A stretch of 64,000 nt of DNA, taken from NCBI GenBank assembly GCA_044892525.1, contig CM097885.1, forward strand, positions 43,152,001 to 43,216,000. The letters run 5' to 3'. The DNA is from Schmidtea polychroa. Taxonomy: Eukaryota. The position numbers and the translations under genes are program-made. Of the stretch, positions 62,369 through 64,000 are shown piece after piece. The notes under the pieces were generated by a model. The model ran no database searches. It was not told the DNA's origin and was given only the letters and a program-made list of their open reading frames with translations. The first letter of the stretch is position 1; the number at the start of each line of letters is the position of its first letter.

Positions 62369-62824
62369 TTACTTATTTAAATTATTTTAAAATACATTGT
62401 GACATTTACTTATATTTTTGGAATTATTATCCAATAGAAATAATTTGAATATTTTAATTTTAAATAATAAATAGCTTTTAAGTATTTTTAAAACAACATC
62501 AATTTAAAAAATAAAGAACAACTTTATCAATAATTTATCAAAGCAAACAGAAGTATGAGCAATGGATGAAATAATATTAATTATTCCTTCAAATTATATT
62601 AAATTAGAGCAAGTGCCAAAAGAAGAGGAGAAAAACCATTTGGTATCATCGCTTATAATTATTATAAAGTACCAATGCGCCTGCTCCAGAAACAAACTAC
62701 TGTTTTGCCTATGTGTATAATTTATAAAGTAAAGCATGAGAAGTTAAGTTTGCTCTTTTCTTTTATTATCTTTAATTATACACCAAATTCAATTTCAGTT
62801 TAGATTAAATATTTAGTATTTAAA

Positions 62825-63000
62825 GATGAAAGTTTGTTTGTTTGTTTGTTTTCTATAGAATTCCCCACCGTTGGACCTAAATTTTGCATGTGGCCCTCAT
62901 TTGACTTGCGACAGGTCATATGCTATGTTTCAACCCCAGGTGACCACCACTAGGGTACCATTAGTCGGTTTTTTTGTCTGTCCGGTCAGCAATTTACCAT
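62825..63000 (-). mobile_element. Short Helitron/Helentron-associated-like interspersed repeat
   Basis: CATGCAAAATTT...(AAAC)n-TTTCATCTTT pattern, from recall. Confidence 0.3.
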
Positions 63001-63479
63001 ATAAATAATAATTTATTATATGCTTGCTACTTGCAGTTAAAAGTAATATAATTTAGTCAAAAGTTTTCAAAGCAGAATTCAAACATGGAGAATTTGAATT
63101 TTATTTGATTAGTGAACCAGTTTGCAATTGAAAAATATTGCCAGTTATTTTTCTATTTGAATTGGAGGACGTTTTTGATTTTACAAATTGAAATTTATTT
63201 TGAAAGCTTTTCTTATTGTGAATTAAACATGGAATTGAAGCTGTTATAAAATGAATACTGGAACGTAATGATTAAACATGATTAAACAAAAAATTAATTT
63301 AAATGAATTATTATTGTTAACCGCAACAACGTCGAATTCATTTTCAATCTCCATAATTAATAAATTAACCAAATAAAATTACTAAATTTATTTTATTCAA
63401 AAAACTGCCCTTGTTTGTAATATTCAAACAATCTGTTCGAGGCTTTTTTATTATTTTTAATTTTGATGCTGATTTCAAT

Positions 63480-64000
63480 GCTGGTTTAATTTATTTTAAT
63501 TTATTTTTATATTTTAAACTTACTTTAATTTATTAATTTAAATATTTATATAAAAATTTATGTAATCTGATATTATATACAATTTAAATATTTATTAGCA
63601 ATATCCAGTTTTAACTTAAACGTGAATTCTACCCTTTCATCCCCCTTCTTACAATTCTTTAATCTTTTCAATATTCCTGATTTAAGACTTCCCACTTTTA
63701 TCTCTCAGCATATAACTGCGATCGTGTATTCATTTTGTTACCGTGTATGGTCCTTCATATCTATATTGATCCTTGTTTCGTATTTCTCGTTTGATTAACA
63801 CTTTGTCTCCAATATCCAACCTCCTTGCAGTTGTTGTTTCCTCATTTTGTCTTTTACTTTCAATTTTCAATGCGATATCGTTCCTGTTGATTTTACTATC
63901 ATTATACCATTTTGATCTATCAATTTTTCTACCAAAAATAATTTCAGCTGGGCTTACTCCCGTTGTTTTTTGAATGGTTGCTTTGAGTGTATATTCTATA
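63480..64000 (-). mobile_element. Gypsy integrase C-terminus, PPT and start of 3' LTR; runs off window end
   Basis: SPAEIIFGRKI...LDIGDKVLIK...YEGPYTV; PPT AAGAAGGGGG (63650-63641) then TGAAAGG at 63639; LTR lower bound approximate. Confidence 0.8.

Noticed and set aside
1-64000. rRNA or intact tRNA genes
   Set aside because: None recognised; only a degenerate A/B-box pair at 50243-50315

Overview
AT-rich eukaryotic (invertebrate-like) genomic window with ~41-54 bp minimal introns and a heavy transposon load; species not identifiable from sequence alone. Host genes: intronless hnRNP L-like gene (5776-7431 +); 3-exon STAR/KHDRBS-like KH gene (21357-22206 -); 8-exon erlin gene over 21.6 kb (34911-56490 -) with TE-filled introns; two near-identical intronless cyclin-fold genes (30603-31280 and 61691-62368, both -). 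The rest is mostly mobile DNA: Gypsy pieces, several hAT elements/MITEs, Zator, mariner, Tigger/pogo, non-LTR remnants, Penelope-type hammerhead motifs and one apparently intact piggyBac whose transposase is restored by splicing. Best leads: (1) an orphan ~255-aa ORF family present twice (39% identity, ungapped), each copy head-to-head with an APE-endonuclease retrotransposon remnant; (2) the spliced intact piggyBac; (3) two inverted pairs of minimal hammerhead motifs in the last erlin intron; (4) a long-TIR element carrying an actin fragment. All protein-family calls are motif recognition by eye; no database search was run.
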